Source: a virus. Taken from it: a stretch of 64,000 bases of DNA. The stretch is taken from IMG/VR virus record IMGVR_UViG_3300047994_000617, positions 1-64,000 of that record; one strand, written 5' to 3'. The notes beneath the pieces were generated by a model that had not been told where the DNA came from, made no database searches, and saw only the letters and a list, made by a program, of their open reading frames with translations. Shown piece after piece: positions 47,843 to 58,300 of the stretch. Every line of letters begins with the position of its first letter. The stretch's first letter is position 1. A program made the position numbers and the translations under genes.

Positions 47843-49612
47843 ATGACCCAGCACCCGGAGGGCGAGCATGCACCCTACGATCCCTCTGGGGGGGCTGGCG
47901 TACAGACAGGCTATCGACCCTCGCCGCCGCATCCGCCGATCAAGTCACATCCGCTGTTTCCGCTCCCGCTCGACGAGCAGGGGGCGCCCGTCGGCTTCGA
48001 GACGGTCGAGATCTGCTACGTCTGCTTCCTCCGCAAGGGGCAGCCCAATATCTACGCACCGCAGAACTTCGAGGCTGACGACCCGCGCGTACAGGATTGG
48101 GCCTGGGTCGCCGCGACGTGGGGCGGCGGCCAGTACCAGGCCATCGCCAAGGACGCGCAGCGGAGGGTGATCCGGCACTCCGGTGAGTGGATCCTCTTCG
48201 ATGGACCGTCGAAGCCGATGGTGATGCCGCCCGACGGCCCGCCGATGGCGACTGTCGCAGCGCATCAGGCCCCGCCAGCGCCCGCTGCCACTGCCGCGCA
48301 GGTGCCTCCGCCCGCCGCCAGCCTCTCCCCGGAGGTGGCTGCACTCGTCGGCGTGGTCAAGGCGCTCGCCGAGGAGGTCCAGCACATGAAGGCCGCTCCG
48401 CCGGCGCCGCCTCCCCCGACTCCAGAGCAGACGATCCTGCTGAAGGTCGTCGAGAAGCTGGACCGGATGGACGAGAGGTCGCGCGAGCGCCCGCCGGCGC
48501 CAGCGGATTCGCTGGTGGCCGTGATGCCGATGTTCCTTCAGCAGATGAAAGACGCCAGCGACAACAACCGGCTCATCATGCAGGCGATGATGGACCGGAG
48601 GAACGAGACTCCGGTGGCGAGCGTGGTTCCACCGTCGCCGGTGGACCAGATGGCCACTCTCATCAAGATGCTCGAGCCGTGGATCAAGCCCCCGCCGCAG
48701 GCCCCCGCGCCGGCCCCGACTGCACCGGCAGCACCGGCCCCAGATCCGCTCGCTTCGACGTTCGCGGTCATGGACAAGCTCAAGGAGCACGGGATGATGC
48801 CCGGTGCCACCGGAGCAGGGAGCAACGACTTGAAGTCGGTGATCGATGGTGGCGCGGCGGTCGTGACGAGGTTCATCGACGCGAAGGCGAAGACGGACGC
48901 GGCTGCCCTCGAGCTGAAGAGGGAAGAGCTCCGGGCGAGCAGGACGGTCCTCCCGCCGCCGGCCCAGGCCGCACCTCCGCCCCAGGCCGCGCCGCCGGCC
49001 CAGGCAGCGCCGCCGGCCCAGGCCGCGCCTCCGCCCCAGGCCGCGCCGCTGGCGGTCCAGGCCGCGCCTCCGCCCCAGGCCGCGCCGCCGGTGGTCCAGG
49101 CCGCGTCTCCGCCCCAGGCCGCGCCGCCGGTGGTCCAGGCCGCGTCTCCGCCCCAGGCCGCGCCGCAGGCGGTCCAGGCCGCGTCTCCGCCCCAGGCCGC
49201 GCCGCCGGCGGTCCAGGCCGCGCCGTCGCGCGACGAGGCACCTGTGGTGGCCCCTTCACCGCCTCCGCCACCGGGCGCGCGGTCTCCCGCTCCGCCGTCG
49301 CCCGTCGCCGAAGCCGCTTCGATCCTCGAAGAGCTGCCCGCCGACACAACGAGCCTTCTCAGGGAGGCTGCGTCGTCGATCACGGTCGAGGAGCAGATGG
49401 GCGCCGCGCAGGCGTTTGCTGGGCTGAAGAGCCTTTCTCAGTCCGAGCGCGTACCGGTCTTGGAGAGCATGTTCCCCAACATGGACACCGGGATGGCCAC
49501 CGGCGTCTCCCGCATGCTCGACGACCTCCCTGTGGACATGCTCCTGCAGAGCCTCCACGGCATGAAGATGAAGATCCTCCTCAACGGGCATAACCCGCCC
49601 CCGGTGGCCTGA
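47843..49612 (+). CDS. Pro/Met-rich protein with QAAPP repeats (first gene of the late-type module)
   Basis: Coding-like codon use from ATG 47843. Confidence 0.75.
   Translation: MTQHPEGEHAPYDPSGGAGVQTGYRPSPPHPPIKSHPLFPLPLDEQGAPVGFETVEICYVCFLRKGQPNIYAPQNFEADDPRVQDWAWVAATWGGGQYQAIAKDAQRRVIRHSGEWILFDGPSKPMVMPPDGPPMATVAAHQAPPAPAATAAQVPPPAASLSPEVAALVGVVKALAEEVQHMKAAPPAPPPPTPEQTILLKVVEKLDRMDERSRERPPAPADSLVAVMPMFLQQMKDASDNNRLIMQAMMDRRNETPVASVVPPSPVDQMATLIKMLEPWIKPPPQAPAPAPTAPAAPAPDPLASTFAVMDKLKEHGMMPGATGAGSNDLKSVIDGGAAVVTRFIDAKAKTDAAALELKREELRASRTVLPPPAQAAPPPQAAPPAQAAPPAQAAPPPQAAPLAVQAAPPPQAAPPVVQAASPPQAAPPVVQAASPPQAAPQAVQAASPPQAAPPAVQAAPSRDEAPVVAPSPPPPPGARSPAPPSPVAEAASILEELPADTTSLLREAASSITVEEQMGAAQAFAGLKSLSQSERVPVLESMFPNMDTGMATGVSRMLDDLPVDMLLQSLHGMKMKILLNGHNPPPVA
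48952..49225 (+). repeat. Tandem coding repeat, QAA(P/S)PP-type units
   Basis: CAGGCCGCG core repeated in 18- and 21-nt units. Confidence 0.9.
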
Positions 49613-49615
49613 GAC

Positions 49616-50644
49616 ATGCGCTACGCCGACCTGGGCCACGGACTCGAGCGCGCTCCCCGTGGTCCCTTCCTGTCCTTCCCGCCCGTGGACGCTCCGGTCC
49701 CCGACATCCGCCCGATCGGCGGGTTCGGACCGGTGCAACTGCACCCCTGGCGCGGCCCCTTCCCTCCCGTGCCCCTGCACGTCGCGCGCTGGCGCTGGAC
49801 CGGCTACCCCGATCTCTTCGACGCGCTCGACGCGAACGACGACGAGGCTGTCGACGAGGACGAGCTCGCCCGAGGCATCGGCCGGGGGCTCCATCTCCTG
49901 CGCGGCGAGGCGGCGGGGCCGATCGACGAAGAGGACTGGCAGGGAGACCCCGAGGCATTCCGTCTGGTCGACGCCGACGGCGACGGCCGCGTGAGCCACC
50001 GCGAGCTGGCGCAGGCCCTCGGGCCTCACGCCATCCGCCTCGCGCACGGGCATCCGGCGCACGGCCCGATGCTGCCTGCGGGATCGGAGCAGGCGTTCAC
50101 CGCCCACGCCCGCTGGGTCGTGTTCAAGAACCGCGAGGACAAGGCGCAGTACATGCGCCGCGCGGCGATCCACGACGCACAGGATCCCCAGGTCAAGTCG
50201 TGGGCGGTGGAGTTCCTCAAGCTGCCCGAGGACAAGCGCGCGACCGCGATCCTCCGCTTCGTGCAGGAGTGCGTCCGCTACGAGAGGGACCCGGCCACCT
50301 TCGATCCCGATGGCACCCGCCACGGCATCGAGCTCCTCGACAGCGCGCCCACGGGGCTCTGCCGCGGCTACGGGGACTGCGATCTCAAGGCGAGGCTGTT
50401 CGTGGCGCTCTGCCTCGCCTCGGGGATCCCCGCGCAGATCGACCCGGTGTTTCGGGGCGAGACGGGGTTTCCCCATGTCCGCGCGCGGGTGCTGCGCATC
50501 GGGGGAGAGACGTCGGACCCCAGGAACTGGGACGTCGCCGACCCCACGATCGTCAACTCCGACATCGGCAAGCTCCCGGCCAAGCCGCTCACCGCCTGGC
50601 CGGAGCACGCGGGAGAGGCACGGCGGGACACCGGGCCCGAGTGA
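49616..50644 (+). CDS. EF-hand pair plus transglutaminase-like cysteine enzyme
   Basis: DANDDEAVDEDE and DADGDGRVSHRE loops; GDCDLKA, PHV, ADPT triad. Confidence 0.88.
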   Translation: MRYADLGHGLERAPRGPFLSFPPVDAPVPDIRPIGGFGPVQLHPWRGPFPPVPLHVARWRWTGYPDLFDALDANDDEAVDEDELARGIGRGLHLLRGEAAGPIDEEDWQGDPEAFRLVDADGDGRVSHRELAQALGPHAIRLAHGHPAHGPMLPAGSEQAFTAHARWVVFKNREDKAQYMRRAAIHDAQDPQVKSWAVEFLKLPEDKRATAILRFVQECVRYERDPATFDPDGTRHGIELLDSAPTGLCRGYGDCDLKARLFVALCLASGIPAQIDPVFRGETGFPHVRARVLRIGGETSDPRNWDVADPTIVNSDIGKLPAKPLTAWPEHAGEARRDTGPE

Positions 50645-50706
50645 GCCCCGGCCGGGTCGGAGACGCGAAGCGTCGAGTCGCACGGACCACGCCGCCCGCC
50701 GAAAAA

Positions 50707-50763
50707 TCGGCGTGACCCGATTCCGCTTATGCGTTGGTGCCTGTCCTTGGGCGGAGGAATACT
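50707..50763 (+). promoter_or_regulatory. 24-bp motif copy 2 plus putative promoter
   Basis: TCGGCGTGACCCGATTCCGCTTAT, TTGGTG-18-AATACT, 6 nt before GTG 50770. Confidence 0.7.
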
Positions 50764-50769
50764 CACGTC

Positions 50770-51723
50770 GTGGACTTCTCCTTCAGCCGGGGCTCGGGGG
50801 TTCCCACACCGCCGCCGGCGCTCGGTTCTGACACGAACCCGGCGACGCTGACCGGCGCCGCGGCGGCGGCCTACGTCACCAACGACAACTGCGTCACCTT
50901 CCAGCTCGTCGAGGCCGGACCGCAACCGCTGCACCTCGCCGTCGCGGCCGCCTTCGTGGGGACCGGCACGCCGGGGCTGGTGACGCTTAGCCTGTACGTC
51001 TGGGACCCGACCACGGGGACCTGGTTTGCCCTCCCGACCCCCGCGACGCTCGACGTTGGCCAGGAGGTTACGGTCGACGTCCCGGTGGTGATGAGCACGA
51101 CCCTGGCCTGGACGCTGGCGATCGTCGCGTCGGTGGCCTCCCCGGGGGCCGGGATCTACACGTTCGAGGCGGGGCTCAGCGAGAGCGCCGCCGCCGGGAC
51201 CGGCGGCGGCGGGCCGACGACCGTCGTCGCGAACCAGGGCCTGCCAACGGCGGACACGACCAGCGCCGCGTGGCCCGAAATCGCGGCCAACTCGACGTAC
51301 GGTGCATGCTGGGGGGGCACGGCGCCGTTCGGCGCGCCGACCGCTCCGCCGCTCGCCCCTAACTTCGCGCCGGGCGGCTCGGCGGTGGAAGCCGGCGCGG
51401 TGCGGGTGGTCGCCGGCGGCGTCGTGCGCTGCCTCACGGGCGGGCACGTCGCCGCGAACCCGCCGCCCAATGGCGCGCAGGGCGTGACGAGCACGGACGG
51501 CGCCGGCAACGAATGGCTCGGGCTCGGCCCGCTCAAGCAGGGCATCGTCCTGCGAAACCTCGACGCGACCAACGTGCTCATGTGGGACTGGTTCCCCGAC
51601 CAGGCCGCGGGGTTCCCCATCGGCCCCGGCGCCGCGATGGAGATCCCGGTCTCGGACCCCTCGCTGATCTACGTCTGGGGTGCGACGGCCGCCGTCGGGT
51701 GGGCCGTCGCGGGGGCGTCGTGA
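50770..51723 (+). CDS. Beta-rich putative virion spike/vertex protein
   Basis: Thr/Gly/Ala/Val-rich, few charged residues, two apparent beta domains. Confidence 0.6.
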   Translation: MDFSFSRGSGVPTPPPALGSDTNPATLTGAAAAAYVTNDNCVTFQLVEAGPQPLHLAVAAAFVGTGTPGLVTLSLYVWDPTTGTWFALPTPATLDVGQEVTVDVPVVMSTTLAWTLAIVASVASPGAGIYTFEAGLSESAAAGTGGGGPTTVVANQGLPTADTTSAAWPEIAANSTYGACWGGTAPFGAPTAPPLAPNFAPGGSAVEAGAVRVVAGGVVRCLTGGHVAANPPPNGAQGVTSTDGAGNEWLGLGPLKQGIVLRNLDATNVLMWDWFPDQAAGFPIGPGAAMEIPVSDPSLIYVWGATAAVGWAVAGAS

Positions 51724-52121
51724 GGCGCGGACTGGCCTACGTGGCCGCGCCCGGATCATCGGGGCCGACGTCGTTCACGCGCTCAGCCGTCGTGACCACG
51801 ACGGGGAACGGCGCGACCCCCGCTGACATCGCCGTCGCGCCCGGCGCGATCGGTGTGGCCTCGGCGACGTTCGTTCCGGATCCGACCTCGATCGTTCCGT
51901 ACGCGATCCAGGTGACCTTCACGTCGCCGATGCCGTACGCGCTGTACGTCGTGGAAATCCAGTTGGACGGGCAGACCAGCGCCTACGAAATCGGTGCCGG
52001 TTTCGTGGCGCCGGGGACGATGACCGAGAACGGCTTCGTATTTCGGGTGAGCTTCGGAGGGTTTGTCGACCCGAGCACCTACGCGCTGAACATCAGCCTG
52101 ATCTGCATCTCAGGCCCGTGA
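51720..52121 (+). CDS. Beta-rich putative virion protein
   Basis: GTGA coupling; alternating hydrophobic pattern; slightly lower GC. Confidence 0.55.
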   Translation: MRRGLAYVAAPGSSGPTSFTRSAVVTTTGNGATPADIAVAPGAIGVASATFVPDPTSIVPYAIQVTFTSPMPYALYVVEIQLDGQTSAYEIGAGFVAPGTMTENGFVFRVSFGGFVDPSTYALNISLICISGP

Positions 52122-52242
52122 TGGCCGCGCCGCGATTGGTCAGCCGCAACGGCGCCCTCTCCCCGCGACCCGTGACGCATCGGCGCGTCGTGGCAGCGCG
52201 CTCCCGCTGCTCGACGCACGACGCTCCGCCGACCCCGTCGGC

Positions 52243-52278
52243 GTCGCGACCCAATAAGTCGATTTATTGGGTCGCGAC
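52243..52278. repeat. 36-bp near-perfect palindrome
   Basis: GTCGCGACCCAATAA-GTCGAT-TTATTGGGTCGCGAC. Confidence 0.95.
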
Positions 52279-52284
52279 CCCGTA

Positions 52285-52353
52285 ATAAGCCAAATCGGGT
52301 CACGCCAAACACCCTATCAGGGGTTGTCTCGTACGGTGTGCTCAGCGCACGCT
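52285..52353. promoter_or_regulatory. 24-bp motif copy 3 (inverted) plus putative plus-strand promoter
   Basis: Reverse complement TTGGCGTGACCCGATTTGGCTTAT (21/24 versus copy 2); TTGTCT-18-CACGCT 6 nt before ATG 52360. Confidence 0.65.
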
Positions 52354-52359
52354 GACCAC

Positions 52360-55300
52360 ATGGAGACTGAGATGCCGGCGCTGCTGGTGGATGGCGACAC
52401 TCGGGCCGCCGACACGCGTCCACTCGACTTGTCGGGCGGCGAGACCGGGGCGGACATCCTGCCCGTCGGCGGCAAGCCCGCGCGCGCGCCGGAGCCCCTC
52501 CACCTGGACAACCTCGCTGGGCAGCCGGCCCCCCTCCAGCTTTCGCCGGAGCCCGCTCCGAGCGCGCCGAAGCCCGCGCCGCGCGCGCCGTCGCCGCCTC
52601 TCCAGCTCAGCGGCGAGCCCGCTCCCAGCCCGCCGCGGTCTCCGGGGCCCCGTCCCCTCCACCTCGGCGCGTCGCCGGCTTCTCCCGTCAACCCGGTCAC
52701 CCCCAGCGCGCCGTCGGCGCGACCGAGGGGGCCGGGCGAGCCGCGGTCGCTGGTCCCCGGCCTCGGCGGGATCCACGCGGGTCACATGGGCGCGGCCACC
52801 GGCCTCGTCCACGGCGCGGTCTCCCAGGTCGGCCGAACGCACCCCCACAACGTCCACATGGGCCAGCTCGCCCACGGCGCGCACGCCGATCCGGTGCGGT
52901 ACGGCGGCGACTTCCTGATCGCGAGCCACGGACCGAAGCGCTTCCACGAGCTCCACGGGGAAGGGCGGCTCCCGTCGCAGGCGTGGGAGCGCCACCGCGA
53001 TATCGCGCGCCATGCGCGCCGCGTCCACGAGGAGCTGGGCGGCGAGCTCGCGCGCCGCCACGGACGCCGGCCCCTCGGGGAGCGCACCCTGATCGGGATC
53101 GCCGCCATGAACGGGGCGCACGACGACATGGCGCGTTACCTCGACGCCCAGCGGGTCCACCCGCACCACCCGGCGCACGAGAGCTGGCACGTCCTGATGC
53201 GCGGCTTTCACCCGCGCGAGATCGCTCGCGTGGGCTCGGAGATCGTGCCCGGGGGGGCCATCGAGCCGGCGGTCGACGCCTACCGCGCGATCTGGGTGGA
53301 GCGCGCTTCAAAGGCACGCGCGGCGCGCCGCGCGTTGCTCGCGCGCCTCCGCGCCCTCTGGGCCTCAGGCGATCCCTCGCTCGTGCCGGCCTTCGAGGGC
53401 GTCGTCCGGGGCATGAGCCCGGAGCAGACGGCGCGGCTCCGTACGACGATCGAGCAGGACGGGGACATCGCGCGCGTGCTCGAGGAGATCGAGGCCGCCA
53501 ATGCCGAGGCGCGCATGGCCTCACGCGAGGCCGCCATGCGGCGCTGGCTCGCCGAGTACCACGCCAACCGCGACCCGGAGGCCCAGACCCCCCTGGACGA
53601 GCTGGCGATGACGCCCCCCTCAAGCGCGCTCATCGGCGCGGCCGAGGGCGACGAGGACGACGACGAGGACGAGGGGGACACGGGCGGTCGCGGCGGAGGC
53701 GGCGGTCACGGCGGAGGCAGCGGACGCGGCGGAGGCCGCCGTCCGAGCGCATGGGGAGGTGCGTGGGGTGGCGGGGGCACACCTGGCTGGTTCTTCCTGC
53801 CCGAGGACCCCGACGAGGCTCTCGACGACCCCGATCCCGAGGCGGGCGCTCCGATGGGCGCCCCGGCCGTGGCCCCGCTGCGGGCGCCGTCTCCCGGCGC
53901 GCACACCGCCGACGGCGTGGTCCCCCTCCACGAGCTCGTGCAGGGCTTCGGTCGCGCCGGCCGCGAGCAGCTCCGCCAAGCCTGGGACCGCGGCAACCCC
54001 TACGACGCCTACCGCGCGATCCTCGATCAGCGGGGCGAGGCGACGCGCGCCGCGCGCGAGGCCGCGTTCGTGGCGCGTCTGGAGCGCCTCGGCTGCATGG
54101 CCGACGGGCTCTGCGAGATCCCCCGCGAACGGCTCACCGCATTCAGCGACCTCACCGAGATGTTCAGCCCGGAGCAGTGGGCGCGGTTCGCGGCCGCGCT
54201 CACCCAGGGCGAGGACAAGCCGCTCGACCTCTTCCGCCAGATCGAGGCGGAGAACCTCGACGCCGCGAAGGCCACCCGGCCGCTCGCCTTCATGCGCTAC
54301 TTCGGATCCTGGGGGCAGCACGCCGCCCGCTGGAACCCGCTGGAGTGGGCCATGCTGGCCCCCCGGATCGGGGTCGACGCGGCGGACGCGGCGGACGCCG
54401 CTGGGATCTTCGACGACCTGAGCGGCGCCCTGGGCGGCGCGCTCAGCGGAGCGGGCGGTGGCGGCGGCGGCAACCCGCTGTCCGGGCTGTCCGGGCTCCT
54501 GGGCGGCGGTGGCGGGGGCGGCGGGGGCGGCGGGGGTGGTCCGGACTTCGGGCAGATCGCCGGCCTCGTCACCAAGGTCGGCGGCGCGATCGCTGGTGCA
54601 GCAGGGGGGCACCCGGGTGCGGGTCTCCCGCCCGACCTGGCCGGCTTCGCCGCCAAGGCCGTCGGAGCACTCACGGGGCGGGCGGCAGCGCCTCCCGTGG
54701 GGCCTCCCATCGGCGCGCCCGCGGCCCAACCGATCCAGGCCCCGACCCGGCCGGTCGTGCATCCAGCGCCCCCGCCGCCGCCCACGCACGAAGGACCGCC
54801 GCGGCACTTCTTCAAGGTGATCGAGGCGTGGGGCCCGCGCGGCAAGACGCAGCTCGCCCACGAGTGGGTCAAGGGGCTCGTCGGGATCGGCCTCGGCGAG
54901 ATGGCGCAGGCGCAGGGGCCCGCCCTCCTGGATCGGATCGCGGTGCGGGAGCTCCCCGCCGCCAACACCGATCCGGCCCAGGGGTGGTGGTCGCAGCTCA
55001 TCGCGCACCAGGGGATCGACGGGAACGAGGCGGAGGTCGTGCTCGCCGCGATCAACGCCGGCCCGGACGCGATCCCGCAGGCCGTCGCGGCCTACCGCCG
55101 CGTGCTCGAGGGGCCCGTACGCCACCAGGCCCTGGAGCGCGAACACCTCTTCGCCGAGGTGCTCGCCGCGGCGCAGAAGGCCGCCGGCAAGCCCGGCTTC
55201 GACCCGAAGCGGCTCCCCGGCCTCGGCAACCCGTTCGAGGCGTTCTCCCACCGCGCCGGCCGCTGGGGCGCCGTCCACCAGGCGCTCCTCAACGGTTCGG

Positions 55301-58300
55301 GCGCCGCGGAGGCATTCCGCGGGAGCGAGGACCAGCGCGTCGCCGACTACCTCCGCCTGGCCGGTGAGCGGATGGAGCACTTCGCCCGCGAGCTCTGGGC
55401 ACGTCGCTCCAAGGCGGCCCCCGCGCCGTCGCCGGCGGCGCCGTCGGGCCCCGAGGCGGGCGACCCGTTCGAGGCGGGCGCCCTGTGGGGCAATCGCTTC
55501 GGGCGCGAGGGCATCCGCCGCGAGGGCATCGTTCGCGAGGGCTTCGGGCGCGAGGGCATCCGCCGCGAGGGCGTCCTTCGCGAGGGCTTCGGGCGGGAAG
55601 GCATCCGCCGCGAGGGCATCCTCCGGGAGGGCTTCGGGCGCGAGGGCATCCGCCGCGAGGGCGCGCTCCGCGGTCCCCCGATGGGTCCCGGCTGGGGCGG
55701 CCGGCAGTGGTCCGCCGGTCACCCGGGGGCGCACAGCTTCGTCGGGTACGACGGCAAGACCCGCATGGGGGAGCACTTCGTCGATTCGCACGGCTATCAG
55801 GCGATGCGGACGGCGGACGGCCACGTCTGGCTGTGGCAGACGGACGGGTCGGGGTGGAAGGACAATGGCCCGGGAGGGAAAAGCCCCGGGTACAGCGAGA
55901 GAGGCCTCCAGGGCTTCTTCGCGCACGTTCACGCGGCCGAGACCCACGGGCCGGAGGAGGAGGCGGGCTTCGCTGTCCGTCGTCCGCGTCCCTTCTTCCA
56001 CCTCGGATTCAACCGGCCGTGGAGCCGGCTCGAGATGGCCCGCATGCTGGAGGCGGTCCCACAACTCCGGGCGCATCCCGATGGTGTGCTCCAGGAGATC
56101 GCGGGGCGCCGGGCGCGTCCGCGCGACCTGCGAGGCGTGGACGCGACACGCCTCGAATACCACATCCTGCCTCGCGGCGAGTCCTTCAACGACATCGCCG
56201 CGAAGCTGGTCGGGGACCGCCGCCGCGGGGCCGAGATCGTCTTCGCCAACCCCGGGCTCGGCGAGGGCCAACGGACCCTCCGGATCCCTCCGGGATGGCT
56301 CGGCCGGATCCCCCTCCGGATCCCCGCGCACCTCGTTCACGAAGCCGCCGGCCTCGATGCCGGGGAAGCCGGCGAAACCGGCGAGGCCGGGTCGGTCCGA
56401 CGTTCTCGGCGCCGCAACGGCGGTGGGAGAGGGCGGGGAGGGCGGGGCGGCCACGGGGGCGGAGGAGGCGGCTACGGCGGCTTCCAGGGCCCCCAGGGGC
56501 CCCCGGGACCCCCGGGCGACGCCGAGCCGGACGACGACGACGCCAGCGGCTTCGTCGACGACCTCCGGGCCCTCGTGCTCGGGGGCGGCGCCCCCGCGCC
56601 CATGATCTCCCCCCAGCCGGAGCCGCCCATCGACGAGACCCCGGTCGATCTCCTGGAGACGCCCCGCGGCCTCGAGACGCCGGCCCCCGGCCACGGCAGC
56701 GCGGTGGACGGTCCGCGGAGCCCGCTGACCCGCACCACCTACAAGGTCGAGCGGTCCGGCATGGGGATGTTCGCCATCGCCCAGAAGTTCGGAGCCGTGC
56801 CGCCGAAACGCGCCCACTGGTTCGGCGAGCTCCGCGACGCGAACCCGCACAAGCACATCGCCGTCGACAGCGCTGGCAAGCAGATCGGCTGGCAGAGCCT
56901 CGGCAAGGGCGAGGAGATCAACATCCCCGACGCCTGGATCGCGAAGGGCGAGGCCTCCGGCGTCGACGAGGAGGCCGGACAGCCCCTCGCGCTGACCGAC
57001 GAGAACCTCGTGGAGGCGGGGCCCCCCATCTTCGCCAAGCTCGGCGACATCGCCGGCGCGACCAAGATCCTGAGGGCCATCCAGGGGCGCCTCGGGAACG
57101 AGGGGCTCGACACGTTTCAGCGAAGGATCTTCGACGCCATCACGGGGTACTCGGACAAGGACCCGGCGATCGTCGAGGTCTATGCGCTCCTCGGCCGTGA
57201 CCGCGGCGTGGCGGCGGCGCTGGACGGACTCCGGAGCGGGCGGCGCGACAGCAAGGACATCTCCCGCTTCGGCCGGAGGGTGCTCGCTGCGCTCACGGGC
57301 GAGCTCGAAGTGGCCCCTCGCCCCCGCAACTACGACACGCAGGGCCTCGACGAGGCGGGCGACACGGGCGCCATCGACGAGGACGCCCTCCGCCAGAACA
57401 TCACCCAGCGCACGTACGTGGTCCAGCGCGGCGACGGGATGCAGGCGATCGCGAAAAAGCTGGGCGCCTTCCCCGCGCGGCCCAAGTGGTTCGCGGAGCT
57501 CCGGGACGCCAACCCCCACAAGGAGATGGCCACCCAGGGCGGCAAGCAGATCGGCTGGAAGCGCCTCTACGCCGGCAAGGTCATCAACATCCCCGACGTC
57601 TGGCCGGAGTCGCCCGCGCTGGTCGCGCCGCCGAGCGGACCGACCGTCGCTCCCCCGCACCCCGGGATCGAGCACGCGCCCGGAGGCCCGGGAGGGGCAA
57701 CCCCCTCCGTGACGGCCCCGCCGGGGACGATCCCCGCGGCCGCCACGATCGACAAGGGGACCATCCATCGGGTGCAGGCGTACCTCGTGCTGTTCCGCAC
57801 GGGTCACCCGGACGCGATCGATCCGAAAGACTTCGGCGTCGGGATGCCGGTCTCCCAGGACGTGATCGGCGTTCCCTCGGCGCGCACGACGAGGGCCATC
57901 GGGAGCTTCCAGCGCTGGAGCAACCGGACCGCGGGCACGCACCTCCGCGAGGACGGTCAGCTCGACCCGGCCACGATCGAGGCGCTCGATCACTACGCGC
58001 TCACGGCCCTCGACCTGCCCCCGCGGCCGGCCCTGGCGCCGGTCCTCGGCGGGGAGATGCCCCACCCGGCCGACCCCTACGGGCCGCTGCTCGACGGCGC
58101 GGCCCACGACGTGACCCAGGTCGCCGTGGACATCGCCCGCAAGGCCGGCGAGCTCCCGCGCCCGCAGACGCCGCCGCCCGGCGCCGCCCAAATCCCCGAG
58201 GACCCGTACCGAGACCTCCCCAAGCTGCGCGGCGAGGTGATCCGCGTGCTCGACGGCGGCCCCCCGGCCCAGCCGCCCGGTCCCGCTCCGCAGCCGCCGG

